Part shown: one piece after another, positions 11,461 through 24,174 of the stretch
Position numbering within the stretch: the stretch's first letter is position 1
Layout of the letters: each line of letters starts with the position of its first letter
From: Mobula hypostoma
Taxonomy: Eukaryota
Reading direction: 5' to 3'
Assembly (NCBI RefSeq): GCF_963921235.1
Contig: NC_086109.1
Coordinates: 27,406,001 to 27,470,000 of the forward strand
Length of the DNA stretch: 64,000 nucleotides
The notes under the pieces: generated by a model
What the model saw: only the letters and a program-made list of their open reading frames with translations
Database searches by the model: none
Told to the model about the DNA's origin: nothing
Program-made: the position numbers and the translations under genes

Positions 11461-14355
11461 ACCCGGACTGTAACGGGGCCTGGATCCTGGTGAATCACAT
11501 AACTAGAGTTATTGATAGGGCTTTTCACTAAACAGCAGGGGGGTGGGTTCAACAGAATGGAGAAATATGGATAAAGTAAAAAAAAAGTGTGGATAAAGAT
11601 AAAGTAAAAGCGTGTTAAAAAAGAGAAAAGTAAAGGTAACATGCAGAAAAGTTAAGTGCATAACAGACAAAGATTACTAGATTTTAAAGACACACTGAGT
11701 GTTAGAGCACTTTATCTGAATGCCCATAGTATTTGTAAAAAGGTTGTGACACAAATCAGTGTAAAGGGGTATCATCAGTGATCATTACAGAAACGTGACT
11801 GCAGGGTGGAGAGGATTGGGAAATATCCAAGGATATCAGGTAATATGGAAGGATAGACAGGAAGGTAAGGGAGGTGGGATAGTGCTCCTAATTAAAGATG
11901 AGATCAGGGTGATAGTGAGAGACGATATAAGATCTAAGAAGCAGAATGTTGAATCTTTCTGGGTAGAGATTAGGAATAGTAAAGGGGAAAAAAAAGTCAT
12001 TGGTGGTTGTCTATAGGCCACCGAAAAATAACACTACAGTGGCACAGGCAATAAACTGAAAAGTATCTGAGGCATGTAAGAATGGAACAGCAGCTATCAT
12101 GGGGGACATAAAATTACACATAGATTGTGTGAATCAAGTTGGTTGAGGCAGACTTGATGGGACTTCATAGAATGCATACATGATAGCTTTCTTCAACAGC
12201 TTGAACACTAAACCTACAAGGGAAGATGTTACCTTGGATCTGGTCCTGTGCAGACCAGATAAAATTAGCAATCTTGCAGTTAGGGATCCTCTTGGAAAGA
12301 GTAATCACAGCATGACTGAGTTTCTTATACAAATGGAGGGTGCAATAGTTTGATCTAACACCAGTGTCTTATGCCCAAATAAGGGAGACTACAATGGGAT
12401 GAGGGAGCAGTCAGATAGGGTAGACTGGGAACACAGGCTATATGAAGGGACAGTTGAGGAACAGTGGAAGACTTTCAAAGAGGTTTTTCATGGTGCTCAA
12501 CAAAAGTATATTCCAGTTAAAAGCAAGGACAGTAAGGGTGGGGAGAGCCAACCATAAATAACTAAGGAAATAAAGGAAGGCATCAAACTAAAAGCTCGTG
12601 CATACAAAGTCATCAAGAGTAGTGGGAAACTGGAAGATTGGGAAAACTTTAAAAAGCAAAAAAGAACCACTAAGCGAGCAATAAAGAAAGGGAAGATAAA
12701 CTACGAAAATAAAGTAGCACAAAATATAAAAATAGATGGTAAAAGTGCTTATAATTATATAAAGTGGAAAAGTATGGCCAAAGTGAACGTAGGTCCCTTG
12801 TAGGGCAAGAAAGTGGAATTGATATTGGGTAATGAGGAAATGGCCAAGACTTTGAATGACTATTTTGTGCTGACTTTCATGGTGGAGGACACGTCTAACA
12901 TGCCAATGAGAGATAATATAGATGTGATGGTAGGAGGGGGCCTTGATGTAATAGGTATCACTAAAGAGGTAGTGCTGAGCAAACTTGTGGGCCTGAAGAT
13001 AGACAAGTCCCCTGGTCCTGATGGAATGCATCTCAGGGTACTTAAAGAAATGGCAGAAGTTACAGTTGAGGCTTTGGTCACAATTTACCAAAATTCTCTG
13101 GACTCTGGGCAAGTCCCAGCAGATTGGAAGAAGACAAATAGCACGTCACTGATCAAAAAAGGCAGGTAACTATAGGCCAGTTAGTTTAATATCTGTAGAT
13201 GGGAAAATGCTTGAAGCTATCATTAAAGAAGAAATAGCGAAACTTCTGGAAAGAAATGGGTCCATCAGGCAGATGCAGCATGGTTCAGCAAAGGCAAGTC
13301 CTGTTTGACAAAACTACTGGAGTTCTTTGAGGATATAACAAGTGCAGTAGATAGCGGGGAACAGATGGGTGTTATTTACTTGGATTTCCAGAAGGCATTC
13401 GATAAGGTGCCACATAAAAGACTTATCCATAAGATAAGGATGCATAGAGTTGGGGGTGATGGATTTGTATGGATAGAGAATAGGTTAACCAATAGAAAGC
13501 AGAAAATTAGGATACATGGGTGTTTCTCTGGTTGGCAATCAATGATGAGTGGTGTACTGCAGTGGTCGGTGCTGTGCCCACAACTGTTCACGATATACAT
13601 TAACGATCTGGAAAAAGGGGCTGAGTGTAGTGTATCTAAGTTTGCTGATGACACTAAGTTGAGTGGAAAAGCAAATAGTGCAGAAGATACAGAGAGTCGG
13701 CAGAGAGATATAGATGGGTTAAATGATTGGGCAAGGGTCTGGCAGATGGAGCACAATGTTGGTAAATGTGAGGTCATCCACTTTGGAAGGAAAAATAGAA
13801 GATCAGATTATTATTTAAATGGTAGAAGATTGCAGTATGCTGCTGTGCAGAAGGACTTGGGAGTGCTTCTGCATGAATCACTAAGGGTTGGTTTACAGGG
13901 TATAGCAGGCTATCAAGAAGGCAAATAGAATGCTGGCTTTCTTTGCTAGAGATATAGAATTTAAGATCAGGGAGGTTATGCTGCAACTGTACAGGGTACT
14001 GGTGAGTCCCCACCTGGAGTACTGCGTGCAGTTCTGGTCTTCTTACTTGAGGAAGGATTTACTGGCTATGGAGGTAGTGCAGAGGAGGTTCACCAGATTG
14101 ATTCCAGAGATGAGGGGGTTAGACTATGAGGAGGGATTGAGTCACCTGGGACTGTACTTGATGAAATTCAGAAGTATGAGAGGAGATCTTACAGAAACGT
14201 ATAAAATTAGGAAAGGGATAGATAAAATAGAAACAGAAAGTTGTTTCCACTGGTATGGAGTCTAGAACTAGGGGACATAGCCTCAGAATTCGGGGGAGTA
14301 AACTTAGGACAGAGATGAGGAGGGAATGCTTTTCCCAAAGAGTGGTGAATCTAAT
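11460..14355 (+). mobile_element. Decayed CR1-clade LINE (end of ORF1, endonuclease and reverse transcriptase of ORF2)
   Basis: ORF pieces: IQGYQVIWKDRQEGKGGGIVLLIK (endonuclease), KSPGPDGMHLRVLKE, VIYLDFQKAFDKVPHKRL, GVLQWSVLCPQLFTIYINDL, SKFADDTKL, LVSPHLEYCVQFWS; multiple stops and frameshifts. Confidence 0.95.
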
Positions 14356-14359
14356 TATC

Positions 14360-15035
14360 AATGGCATCCCCTATCTCCCATCAAAAACTGAGAATGGACT
14401 CAGCCAAATAAACACAGTCCTACTGCATACTGCCATACTGGGCTGAGAGACTTCTAACGAGATTGCTAATGGGGCTGCTTGGTCATTGCCCACCACTGCA
14501 GGTGCTAGCATCAAACAAAATTCAAAAAATGATGTTATTTTTAAATCACGATCTGTCGAAAAACCCTAATTGAGATACCCTACGCTAGACCTATATTGGA
14601 GCTGGATCATATCACGTAGTAAGATGGTTTTTCAAAGTCTTGTATAAAATTGTGCCTTAGGCTACATTTTTATTCACATTACTTTGGCTTATGGTTTTAG
14701 TAACTTTACTTTTCAACATTGTCAATAAATTTTCCTGTTGTAAATAGCATTCAGTAAAATCAATTCGCAATTTTTATTTAAATTAAATTTACCGAGCCTA
14801 CCCTTCAGAAAAAGTTATGAAAGGGAAATAAAGAAAGGTAAGCTAAGCTTAACTACCTGTTTTTTCGAAGAAAGGTTGGCTAAAAATTCATTCTCTACTC
14901 AAAAGAGAGCTGACAATTATTATATCTACAGCTTACTGATCACACAAACATACTGTGAGCTGTAGATAGAATCATCTTTATGCAGGGGTTCCCCAAGTCC
15001 TGAAAATTATTTCAAGGGTTCTCCAGGGCAAAAGG
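14360..15035 (-). mobile_element. Inverted fragments of the same hAT family as 8823-10470
   Basis: 14360-14570 is the reverse complement of ~8860-9055; 14810-15035 is the reverse complement of ~10045-10425 without the Penelope insert. Confidence 0.8.
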
Positions 15036-16209
15036 CTGCTCTATGAGCTAAAACGGGCAGAGCACAAGAGGAGGAGCACCTGGATCCTTGGTGACTACCA
15101 GAACAAGTAAAACGTATAATATTTATGTAGTATTATAAACATTGTAACATATAAGATGCAATCAGTAATATTTAAGAACAAGAACATTAAAAAAGGAAGG
15201 AATGTGAAAAGACATAAAAATGGCAGTGGGAAAACTAGTCATTTAAATATGGCATTCATAAAATCTCCATCAATTTTAAACGTACAAGGATAAGCCCCCA
15301 TTGTTTAATTGCTTTCTGAGAAGGAGAAATTGAATAATGGTTATGAACAATATTCCTGCCAATAACTTAGTAATTATTGGAATTAAATTTCTCTTGTAAG
15401 ATTAATGGGCAACTAAATCTGGAAAGAAGTATTAGGAGATTAGGAGTGAGGTGCCATCTTATAGAAACTATTGTGCAAAAAGCAGTGGTTTATCATTCGT
15501 GTGGTAATCATCCTTCAGTACTTATTGCAAGCAAATTTTCATATTCATAAAGGAAGGTGATATTCACAAGTTCTAATATTTCAGCAGCTTCTGGGTTTTT
15601 AAACTTAGAACAAATATAGTTCTACTAGTCTAATATTTGGACCACAAAGGAGGTCTAGAGTGCTCACCATTTTAACAAAGTAAACTGGACTGCATATTTC
15701 CTGGGTTCATAATGTGCATTGTTAAACAGAAAGATCAGGATGTTGCAGTCTAGTTTTACTGTATTCCTACAGACTCCATTAAACTTGTAGCTTGATACAA
15801 CCTATTTAGAAATAAATCATATATGTAGTTAGCCATACAACCTGTCAGAACAATGGTGCACTCAAGTGCAAGTGAATTTTAAAATTTTTAACTATTGACA
15901 AATACTATATTTTTAAACACTGAAAACTTACTTTTACTTCAGTTGCTTTAGACCTTCAGATAGTAATCATTGTTGGAAATTTTTAAAACTGTTACTTTCA
16001 TCTTTTCTCCTCTTTGCATTACTTTTCTTTCTTCTTTAACTTGCCTTCAGTTCTATAATATTACAATGAATTGTAATTTAAGGTAACGACTCAGTGTAAC
16101 TGAGTGAAGAGATTTCACGATGATTTGTCTTCTGTCCCATTTACTTAATGCCATGGATTCCCAACGGAGCCTGAATAATCATGTTACCATACAAAAGGCC
16201 ACAGGAAAT

Positions 16210-16690
16210 CTGCAGAGAGCCCCCACTGAGCACATCTACAAGAAGTGCTGATGCAAGAAAGCAGTATCCATTATCAAGGACCCCAGCATTCAGGCCGTGC
16301 TACCTTAGGTCCCACACCATCAAGCTGAGGAACAATTATTATCCCTCAACCATCAGGCTCCTGAACCAGAGTGGATAACATCACATACCCCAACCCTGAA
16401 CATCACATACCCCAATCCTCAACCTATGGGCTCACTTTCAAGGACTCTACGACTTATACGCATATTTAGTTTTATCTATCTATATATCTATTTATTTATT
16501 ATTTTTCCATACTTGCACAGCTTGCCTTCTTTTGGAGATTGGCTGTTTGTCTGTGTTTGTGTGTAGATTTTCATAGATTTTATTGTGTTTCTTTGTATTT
16601 ACTGCGCATGTCCACAAAAAATGAATTTCAGGGTTGTATATAGTGACATGTATGCACTTTGTTAATAAACATACTTGGAAATTTGAATTT
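16210..16690 (+). mobile_element. Rex1-type LINE 3' fragment
   Basis: aaagcagtatccattatcaaggacccc ... RSHTIKLRNNYYPSTIRLLN; AATAAA followed by a (ttgaa) tail. Confidence 0.75.
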
Positions 16691-18529
16691 TGAAGCAAAA
16701 GAAAGAGAGATTATTCTTTCATTGCTATATCTGGTCTATCCTGTTACATTTTCTCACATTATTTCAAGGACATAAAATTCCTAAATTATTTTTCATATAT
16801 ATTCTCTTAAATAACAGTTCCATAAAATCAGAAGCTGTTTTTCAAGTTTTAGCTGCTTTCTCACCATTAACACCTTTTGCCCATCGGAGAAATGAAGTTC
16901 TACAGAATTATACTTTAATGTGACAACCTGCTAGTATACTACAGTACGCCCCTAACGTACAACTCCATTTTTCAGTGTATCTTTGCCAATCCCTGTGTAC
17001 AATCCAGAGCACTTCACGGAATTCAGGTGAAAAGAAATGAATTGTTAAAATGGTGGTTTAACTCTCAATGAGAGCATAGAAACTCAATCAGCAGAGGATA
17101 AATGGTATCTTCTCAGCAATTGGATTGTAGTTAAAGCTTGGAGGCTAGATAGGATTGATTGAAAAACTGTCAAGTCTATAAAAATATGTTCTTAATAGCA
17201 CCTGGCATCCTGTTTTTTCAAGAAGAGAGCTATCGGGTTGTAAAACAGATGCTATTTCACAGAAGATGAATCTGTAAATTTCCAAGTAAAACTATCTTAT
17301 CCAAATTCATCATAAGATTATATAAGTTATAGAATATACCTTCTTAAAATAAATCTAGTCAAGTGCCTGTCTTCTGAATCATGTTTTTTGTAACTCCTTG
17401 ATGAAATTTATGAAATGGTTCCTTTGGATTTGCTGATATTCATGACTTGCTAAATTTAACTATTGTTTCCAAAGGGCTGTGTATTTCAATGTTTATTCTT
17501 TTAAAAAATAATCCATGCCACATACACTGATTCAAGGGAAATCAATTTCCTTTGTTTAATTAATATATGATTTATATTTAAATACTTAAATGCATCTGGT
17601 ACAGATGACATCGAGCTGTGATCTCTGTCGAGGTCATAGCTCAGTCTTAGCTATATTTTAGATTCACAGGGATGGTTTTGGTGAGGGAGGAGTTAAGGAT
17701 TGGGTTAGCATTTATTGATAGGGATGTAAGGGAGTTAAAGGGCATGTCTGAGTCTAGACCTCTGCTCCACGTGAGGTCTAGTTCAATCCCAGGTTCGGGC
17801 ACTTACATTGCCATGTTTGAAGTCCTCATCCAGGGTCCTCATTCTGGTGAGTCCTGGGGTCGATACCAAAGGTTGATTGGAAGTCTGGAAGTTAAGGCCT
17901 GATGGCCAGAGCCCTGGGTCAGTACGGTCACTGGAAAAGTTGAAGGCCCAGTGTCTGTGAATCCCCGAGTTCACTGGAGGCTGGAGACCCAAAGGCCTGT
18001 CCTGGGGTTGGAAGACTGTGTGTGTTCATGCGTATGTGGGTTGGTGAATGGGAAGGAGCTAAGGAGCTTGTTTTGCTGTTATTGTTTTGTTGCTGTTGTT
18101 CTGTTGTTGTTGTTGCTTGTGCTGTTATGCAAGCATGATAGGGACACCATGTTGGTGCTGGATGAGTGGCGACGTTTACCGGCTGCGTCTAGCACATCCT
18201 TGGGTTGGTTGTTAACACAAATGACACATTCCACTGTATAAATGAATCTGAATCTACAAATCACCAATCATGGCAGCTTAGTCCACATTCCTCTTTCCGA
18301 TTTTAGAGGCTTTACTCTCTCTGCTGGCCTGGAATTTCTTTAACATTTGGGTTGCACACATGGTCATTGATATGAAGAGTACACATTTCTTTAACATCTA
18401 ACTCATCTAACCAATGCCACCTTCACAACAAAACAAAATCAAGTAGTATCCTCTGGGTATGGAGAGCTAAAATGAGCAGATGTGGTGAGAGAAAGTGAAA
18501 GTGAAAGGAGGAAAGAGGGAAAAGTGCAA

Positions 18530-19600
18530 GTTTACGTTTATTGTCACCTGACTATACATACAGTATACAAACAAATGAAACAACGCTCCTCTAGACCGAA
18601 GTGCACCCACACATCATATAAAGCAAAATATTACCATAAATAAGTTAATAAAAAATAATGGAAAAATGCATGTAGTTCTCAGCACAGGTAAACAGCAAAC
18701 TCCTAGTGATGAGACCTTAGAGGTGCAGGATAGTCACTAGTCTCAGAGTCTGAGAGTAGAAGCTGTTACTCAGTCCGGCAGTCCTAGTCCTGACACCCCT
18801 GTACCTCCTTCCTGATGGTACTGAGTCAAAGATATTGTGGGATGGGTGGTAGGTATCCTCAACAATGCTTCCAGTAAATATCACAAATAACGGAGGAGGG
18901 AGAACCCGGTGATCATCTAGGTGTTTATTACTGTCCTCTGCTGGGCCTTGTGGTCCGATGCCTTGCAGCTTCTGTGACACACAATGATGCAGCCAGACAG
19001 CACACTCACATTGGTGCTCCTGTAAAACGTTGTTAGAATGGGGGTGGGAAGCCTTGCATGCCTCAGTCTCCTCTGAAGGTGTAGATGCTGCTGTGCCTTC
19101 TTGACTAATGAGGAGGTGTTGTGGATTCCGGTTAGATTTCTCAATGTGTGCACAACAAGGAACTTTGTGCTCTTCACTCTCTCTCCACAGCAAAGCCACT
19201 GGTGTGCAAAGAAGAGTAGTTGACCCGCGTCTTCCTGAAGTCCACAATCATCTCTTTTGATTGGTCCACATTGAGACTCAACATAGTTGTTCTCACATCA
19301 TTTGACAAGCCTCTCTACCTCCTAGCTGTATGCTAACTTATCATTTTTGCTGATGAGGCCAGCTACTATTGTAACATCAGCAAACTCGATGATGTGGTTT
19401 GAGCTGGATCCAGCAGTACAGTTGTGAGTCAGCAACGTGAACAGCAACAGAATGAGCATGTAGCCCTGTGGACATCAGTGCTCAGTGTGGTGGAGATTGA
19501 GATGTTGCTGCCAATTCAGACTGACTGGGGTCCTTCGGTCAAGAAGTCAAAGATGCAGTTACATAAAGCGGTGGCGAGTCCCAATGAGGATAGTTTACAT
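18530..19600 (-). mobile_element. Rex1/Babar-type RT C-terminal fragment
   Basis: KKAQQHLHLQRRLRHARLPTPILTTFYRSTNVSVLSGCI and PSGRRYRGVRTRTAGLSNSFY; ADV/DD-type RT motif near 19380. Confidence 0.85.
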
Positions 19601-19821
19601 ACACCAGCCTCGGAGGGATGTAAGAATAATATAAGAAGAATGCAGGCTAAATATAAGTCAGAACAAGGAGTGAACTCCAGTAATTGTGAATGTTGGTCTA
19701 AGCAGTGAAATGCACAATGCCTGCACATAATCCTTGATGAGACAAAAATAAAACTGTATAATTAAAACTATTACTTTCCTTGGGATGTAATTTTAAATCA
19801 CCATAGCTATGTGATCTAAAT

Positions 19822-21031
19822 CAGGGGTCCCCAACCTTTTTCGCACTGCGGACCGGTTTCATATTGACAATATTCTTGCGGACCGGCCGACCGGGAGGGG
19901 TGGTGGGGGTGGTGGTAGGGTTGCCAACGAACAAGAGTAGCAGTCAAATACCTTGGGTTTACCACAAGAAAGACTACAATGACCGTGAAGCCTTGCGTGG
20001 GCACCAGTGCGCATGCGTGTACATGCTGAATTTTTTTCTACAAATAGTTTCTGGTGATTCTTTTCAAGGGGGGGGGTGTTAATCATGAACGCAATATAGG
20101 TGATAAGTGGCTAATACACTCAATTTCATTTCTAAAAGGGTTTATCTAATGAATTTAATATGAAGCATACAGCGCATATTTTCCTCACGTGAATATAGCG
20201 GTAAGTCAATTATCAGGGGAGGACAGGGGAGCTTGAAGTAAGCGTTGAACGAACATCCGGTAGAAGTGGTAGAGGCAAGTTCGGTATTATCATTTAAAAG
20301 AAAAACTGGATAGGTATATGGACAGGAAAGGAATGGAGGGTTATGGGCTGAGTGCAGGTCGGTGGGACTAGGTGAGAGTAGCATTCGTCACGGACTAGAA
20401 GGACAGAGATCGCCTGTTTCTGTGCTGTAATTGTTATATGGTTATACAAGTCAATAGCATCATAACATTTTAAGTAACGTTTGAATATTAAACACACAGC
20501 ACTCATTTTCCCCGTATGAACATGTAAAATCATTGCAACACACCAATATCGCTGAATTAGTGGGAGCCCAGGGCTTGTTTTCCTGCAACAAGATGGTCCC
20601 ATCGAAGGGTGATGGGAGACAGCGATACTCGAAGGGGGTTCCTTACATCCAGTCTATTCCGCAATCTAGTTTTCGTTGCATTCATTGCAGAGATATGTTG
20701 GAAATGGAAGCAACGTTTTCAGTGCTTTCATGGCTATCTCAGGATATTTAGCCTTGACTTTGATCCAGAATGCCGGCAGAGATGTTATGACAAACATGAT
20801 TTTCAGCCCGCCGTTATTTGTAAGGTCGAGGAGTTGAACTCCTTCCCGCGCTGACATGGATGATGCGTGCGTAATGACCTCGCGTGCGTTCAAGCTCAAC
20901 AGTGGGCGTGACAGAGAATGAGGAAAAGTGCAGCTGACTCATATCGCCAAATCATGTCGTTTCCTCGCGGCCCGGTAGCGCATGTTTTGCGGCCCGGTAC
21001 TTGTCCGCAGCCCAGTGGTTGGGGACCGCTG
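19822..21031. mobile_element. Non-autonomous hAT (Charlie-like) element, complete, with captured CR1 3' end and transposase remnant
   Basis: TIRs CAGGGGTCCCCAACC / GGTTGGGGACCGCTG; perfect 8-bp TSD ATCTAAAT (19814-19821, 21032-21039); minus-strand FWIKVKAKYPEIAMKALKTLLPFPTYLC at 20666-20899. Confidence 0.95.
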
Positions 21032-21039
21032 ATCTAAAT

Positions 21040-21440
21040 GACTTTCATGATCATGGAATGATTGTTGGTGCCAGATGAGGTGGTTTGAGTATCTCAGAAA
21101 CTGCTGATCTTCTGGGGCTTTCACGCACAACAATCTGTAAACTTTACAGAGAATGGTGCTAGAAACCAAACACTTCCAGTGAATGGCAGTTCTGTGGGCG
21201 AAAATGGCTTGTTAACGACAGAGGAGTATGGCCCAACTGGTTCAAGCTAACTGGAAGGCGACAGTAACTCAGATAACCACATATAGTATTACAACAGTGG
21301 TGTGCAGAAGAGCACCTCTGAATGCACAACACATCAAACCTTGAAGTCAACGGGCTACAGCAGCAGAAACCACAAACATACACTCAGTGTCCATCTTAAT
21401 AGATATAGATACAGGAGGCACCTAATAAAGCGGCCACAGA
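21040..21440 (+). mobile_element. Tc1-like non-autonomous remnant (target of the hAT insertion)
   Basis: Collinear with 47384-47780; the sequence tgatctaa(a/g)tgactt is split by the hAT. Confidence 0.8.
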
Positions 21441-22809
21441 GCCAATCTGCAATTTTAGCATATCGATGTCATCTCATATATTTTAAAATCAATTATGTAC
21501 TTCACTAAAATAATGGATAAACATTATTCTAGGATTCTAAGCATTTATTCATCAACATTTTCCATTATAATTTCTTAATTCACTTTCATTCATCAAAAGA
21601 ATGCAGGTCAAAGGAAGTTATACTGAATTGTATGGTGCTAAAAATGAACCATGCCTTGGAGTACTGCGCCCAGCCTTGCCTTACCTTACCAAAACACAAA
21701 AGAACTCTTCAATTCTTGAAGGCAATTCAAGCTGATCTAAAGAACTAGAGCACTAAACAATGAATAGAGAGATTGAGGCTCTTCATGTTGGAAGTAAAAG
21801 AACCATGCAGGGGAAAAAAAATCAAAGTTCAAAGTACAGATATGTCACGAAATACCAACCTGAGATTCATCATGGTAAAAGCAAATGAATATTACTTCAA
21901 AGTAAGTCTCAACAGAGGAAATTTATAATTCATACAAGCTGAGGTCACTGTTTGATATATGTCTCGATGAACTATTGGAACAAAAGCGTCATTAAAGAGC
22001 AACTGAGAGATTTTACTCTGGATGAAATGAACTGAATGGAATAGCAAGTGGTGAAGATCTGGATCTCACTTTTAAGTGGAAAAAGAATCAGTCAGGAAAT
22101 TAGATATGCATTTGAAGTAAAATAACTTACAAAGCAATAGGAAATTGAGACTAGATGAATTGATTTATATGGGACTTGTGTGGACGACAAGCTAAATGTT
22201 GTTTTTATGCTGTAATCTTTCTGTGATTCTTTGCAGATACAATTTCAAACATTTACTTTCCTCTTGAGCATCCTTTTCAGTAATTTGGCCTATTCACTGC
22301 CAACATACAAATGACCTACCATAAATGAAATAATTAAATACTAGTCATTTCAATTGTATTCTTTAATGTTAACATGTAAACCTCACACATATGCTACTCA
22401 CCTTTGCTATCTCACAGTGGAATTCCCATTTCTCTTTAACTCCGTTGACCATTCAAATACATACAGATCTGAACTTCAGATCTGCCTACCACAAACTGTC
22501 ACACAATCTGTTCTACCCACTATTTCACTCCCTCCTTCTGTTCAGAAATCTGGCTAATGATGATCCTATTAACACTTGGCATTTTTCAACATATTAATTG
22601 CACATGTCAGAGCAATTTGCTTGTGTTTATCTATCCAGCAAATTTAGTCAATTTATTTTATACACTATTCACATACATACATACAGGGAGAAGGCAGGAG
22701 ATTGGGGCTGAGAGGAAAATTGGATCAGCCATGATGAAATGGCGGAGCAGACTTGATGGGACAAATGGCCTAATTATGATCCCATATGTTATGGCCTTAT
22801 GACAGATTT

Positions 22810-23310
22810 ATATACAAAAGTGTTAGGCACATATATATGGCTAGAGTGCTCAGGACATTTGCACAGTACTGTATTTGTCAATGTGGAGTGGAGAGTGAGT
22901 TTGTAAATCTGGCGGGAGCAAAGGATGTTGGGAATGTGGAGAGTGGAGCACTGCGGGAGGCGTGTGGGACAGGTGGCAGAGAAGGAGTGACAGAGGCAAT
23001 GTTCAGCACAGGTGCAGACACGCCCAGCCCTGAGACACCAGGCAAGGTCATTTGATCCCAAACAATCGGTTTATTGATCATTGTAGAATGTCTCTCTGGT
23101 GTTTCCCACTCCCTCTCATCTCCTTTTCTGTTTCCCAACCATAAATCTCTTCTGCCTGCCCCCTTCCCGCTCTCAATCCTCAATGGAGAGCCATATCAGA
23201 ATCAGGTTTATCATCACTCACATAATGTCACGATTTTTTTTTTGCGGCAGCTGTGCAGTTCAAAATATTACATTACTACATACTGTGCAAAATCCTCAGG
23301 CACTTATACA
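22810..23310. mobile_element. Composite non-autonomous repeat bracketed by tiny Tc1-like hairpins (copy 2)
   Basis: caaaagtgttaggcac...gtgctcaggacatttgcacagtactgta at the left end and tactgtgcaaaatcctcaggcac at the right end; Rex1-like tail atcagaatcaggtttatcatcac inside. Confidence 0.7.
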
Positions 23311-23403
23311 AAAGAGGAATTATATTTCAATATACTGTGAATGTAAAATGTGTGCATTTCTAAAGAGCTGCATTAGGTACTAGGACTATCAAAATGTGCT
23401 TAC

Positions 23404-23479
23404 CTCATAAACATTGAATTGGCTCTGTCCTCTAGCAAGTTCCCGAAAGCTTGTTGTAAATTCACCAATGAAGTCATGG
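23404..23479 (-). CDS. CPNE5/CPNE8: Internal coding exon of a copine (C2B domain), CPNE5/CPNE8 subgroup; paralog not resolvable from one exon
   Basis: Minus strand reads tttgtctttttgtgattgcag|C CAT GAC TTC ATT GGT GAA TTT ACA ACA AGC TTT CGG GAA CTT GCT AGA GGA CAG AGC CAA TTC AAT GTT TAT GAG|gtaagc. It is 76 nt, phase 2 to phase 0, with canonical AG/GT sites. Peptide [25 protein letters not shown] matches the remembered copine motif [14 protein letters not shown](A/S)RGQSQFN(I/V)YE. Confidence 0.95.
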
Positions 23480-24174
23480 CTGCAATCACAAAAAGACAAA
23501 TTCATCTCTATCCCAGGAGTAACAGCATTGTAATAAATGAAACCTTGCTTCACAATGCTTCAAGTCAGCATATCAATTCCTTTACAATGAAGTTGAGTAC
23601 GGTGTACAAGAATAATTAATGAATCACAGTAAGACGTTCAATATTAACTTATTAGCCCTTCAATTACAAACCTTGCACAAACTGATGGATAATTTTCATT
23701 TCCCTCATCCCTCTCAGTTATTTACTTATAGCTTATACCAAAGCATTTGTAAATAAATCACGACACGGTGGCAAACTGCTTTGAATGAAAGCAGGCTTTG
23801 GACAGAAGGGAAAAATAGAGTGCAGAAGCATTTAAAATGGGAACATAAGTAAATTGCATTATCAATAGACATAGTTACAATACAATGGACTGATGCTCCT
23901 TTATTCAGAAACATTTTCTATTTTCTTGAAACAGCGTACTTTCTTGATGAAGGCACCCTTGTATGTTATTTAAGTGAGTAAGCAAAGTCAATGTGGCAAT
24001 TGAACAGGGGAAGCAGACATGCCTCGCAACAATCCAACCAACAAACAGTAAAGTAAGCAATGCAGAACCTCTGTAAGAAAATCTAAATTAGACTAGTGAA
24101 TTCAATGTTAAATCAGGTAAAGAAAGGAAAGTAAATAAGCAAAAAGAGAAAGAGAAAGAACATGAAAAAATAAA

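Noticed and set aside
13305..14265. 207-aa and 111-aa ORFs as a functional reverse transcriptase gene
   Set aside because: They are pieces of a CR1 ORF2 broken by stops and frameshifts; not an intact gene.
23500..23520. catctctatccca as the copine DWDRDG exon
   Set aside because: Only WDRD matches; the flanking codons and splice sites do not fit, and it lies in the acceptor region of the real exon.
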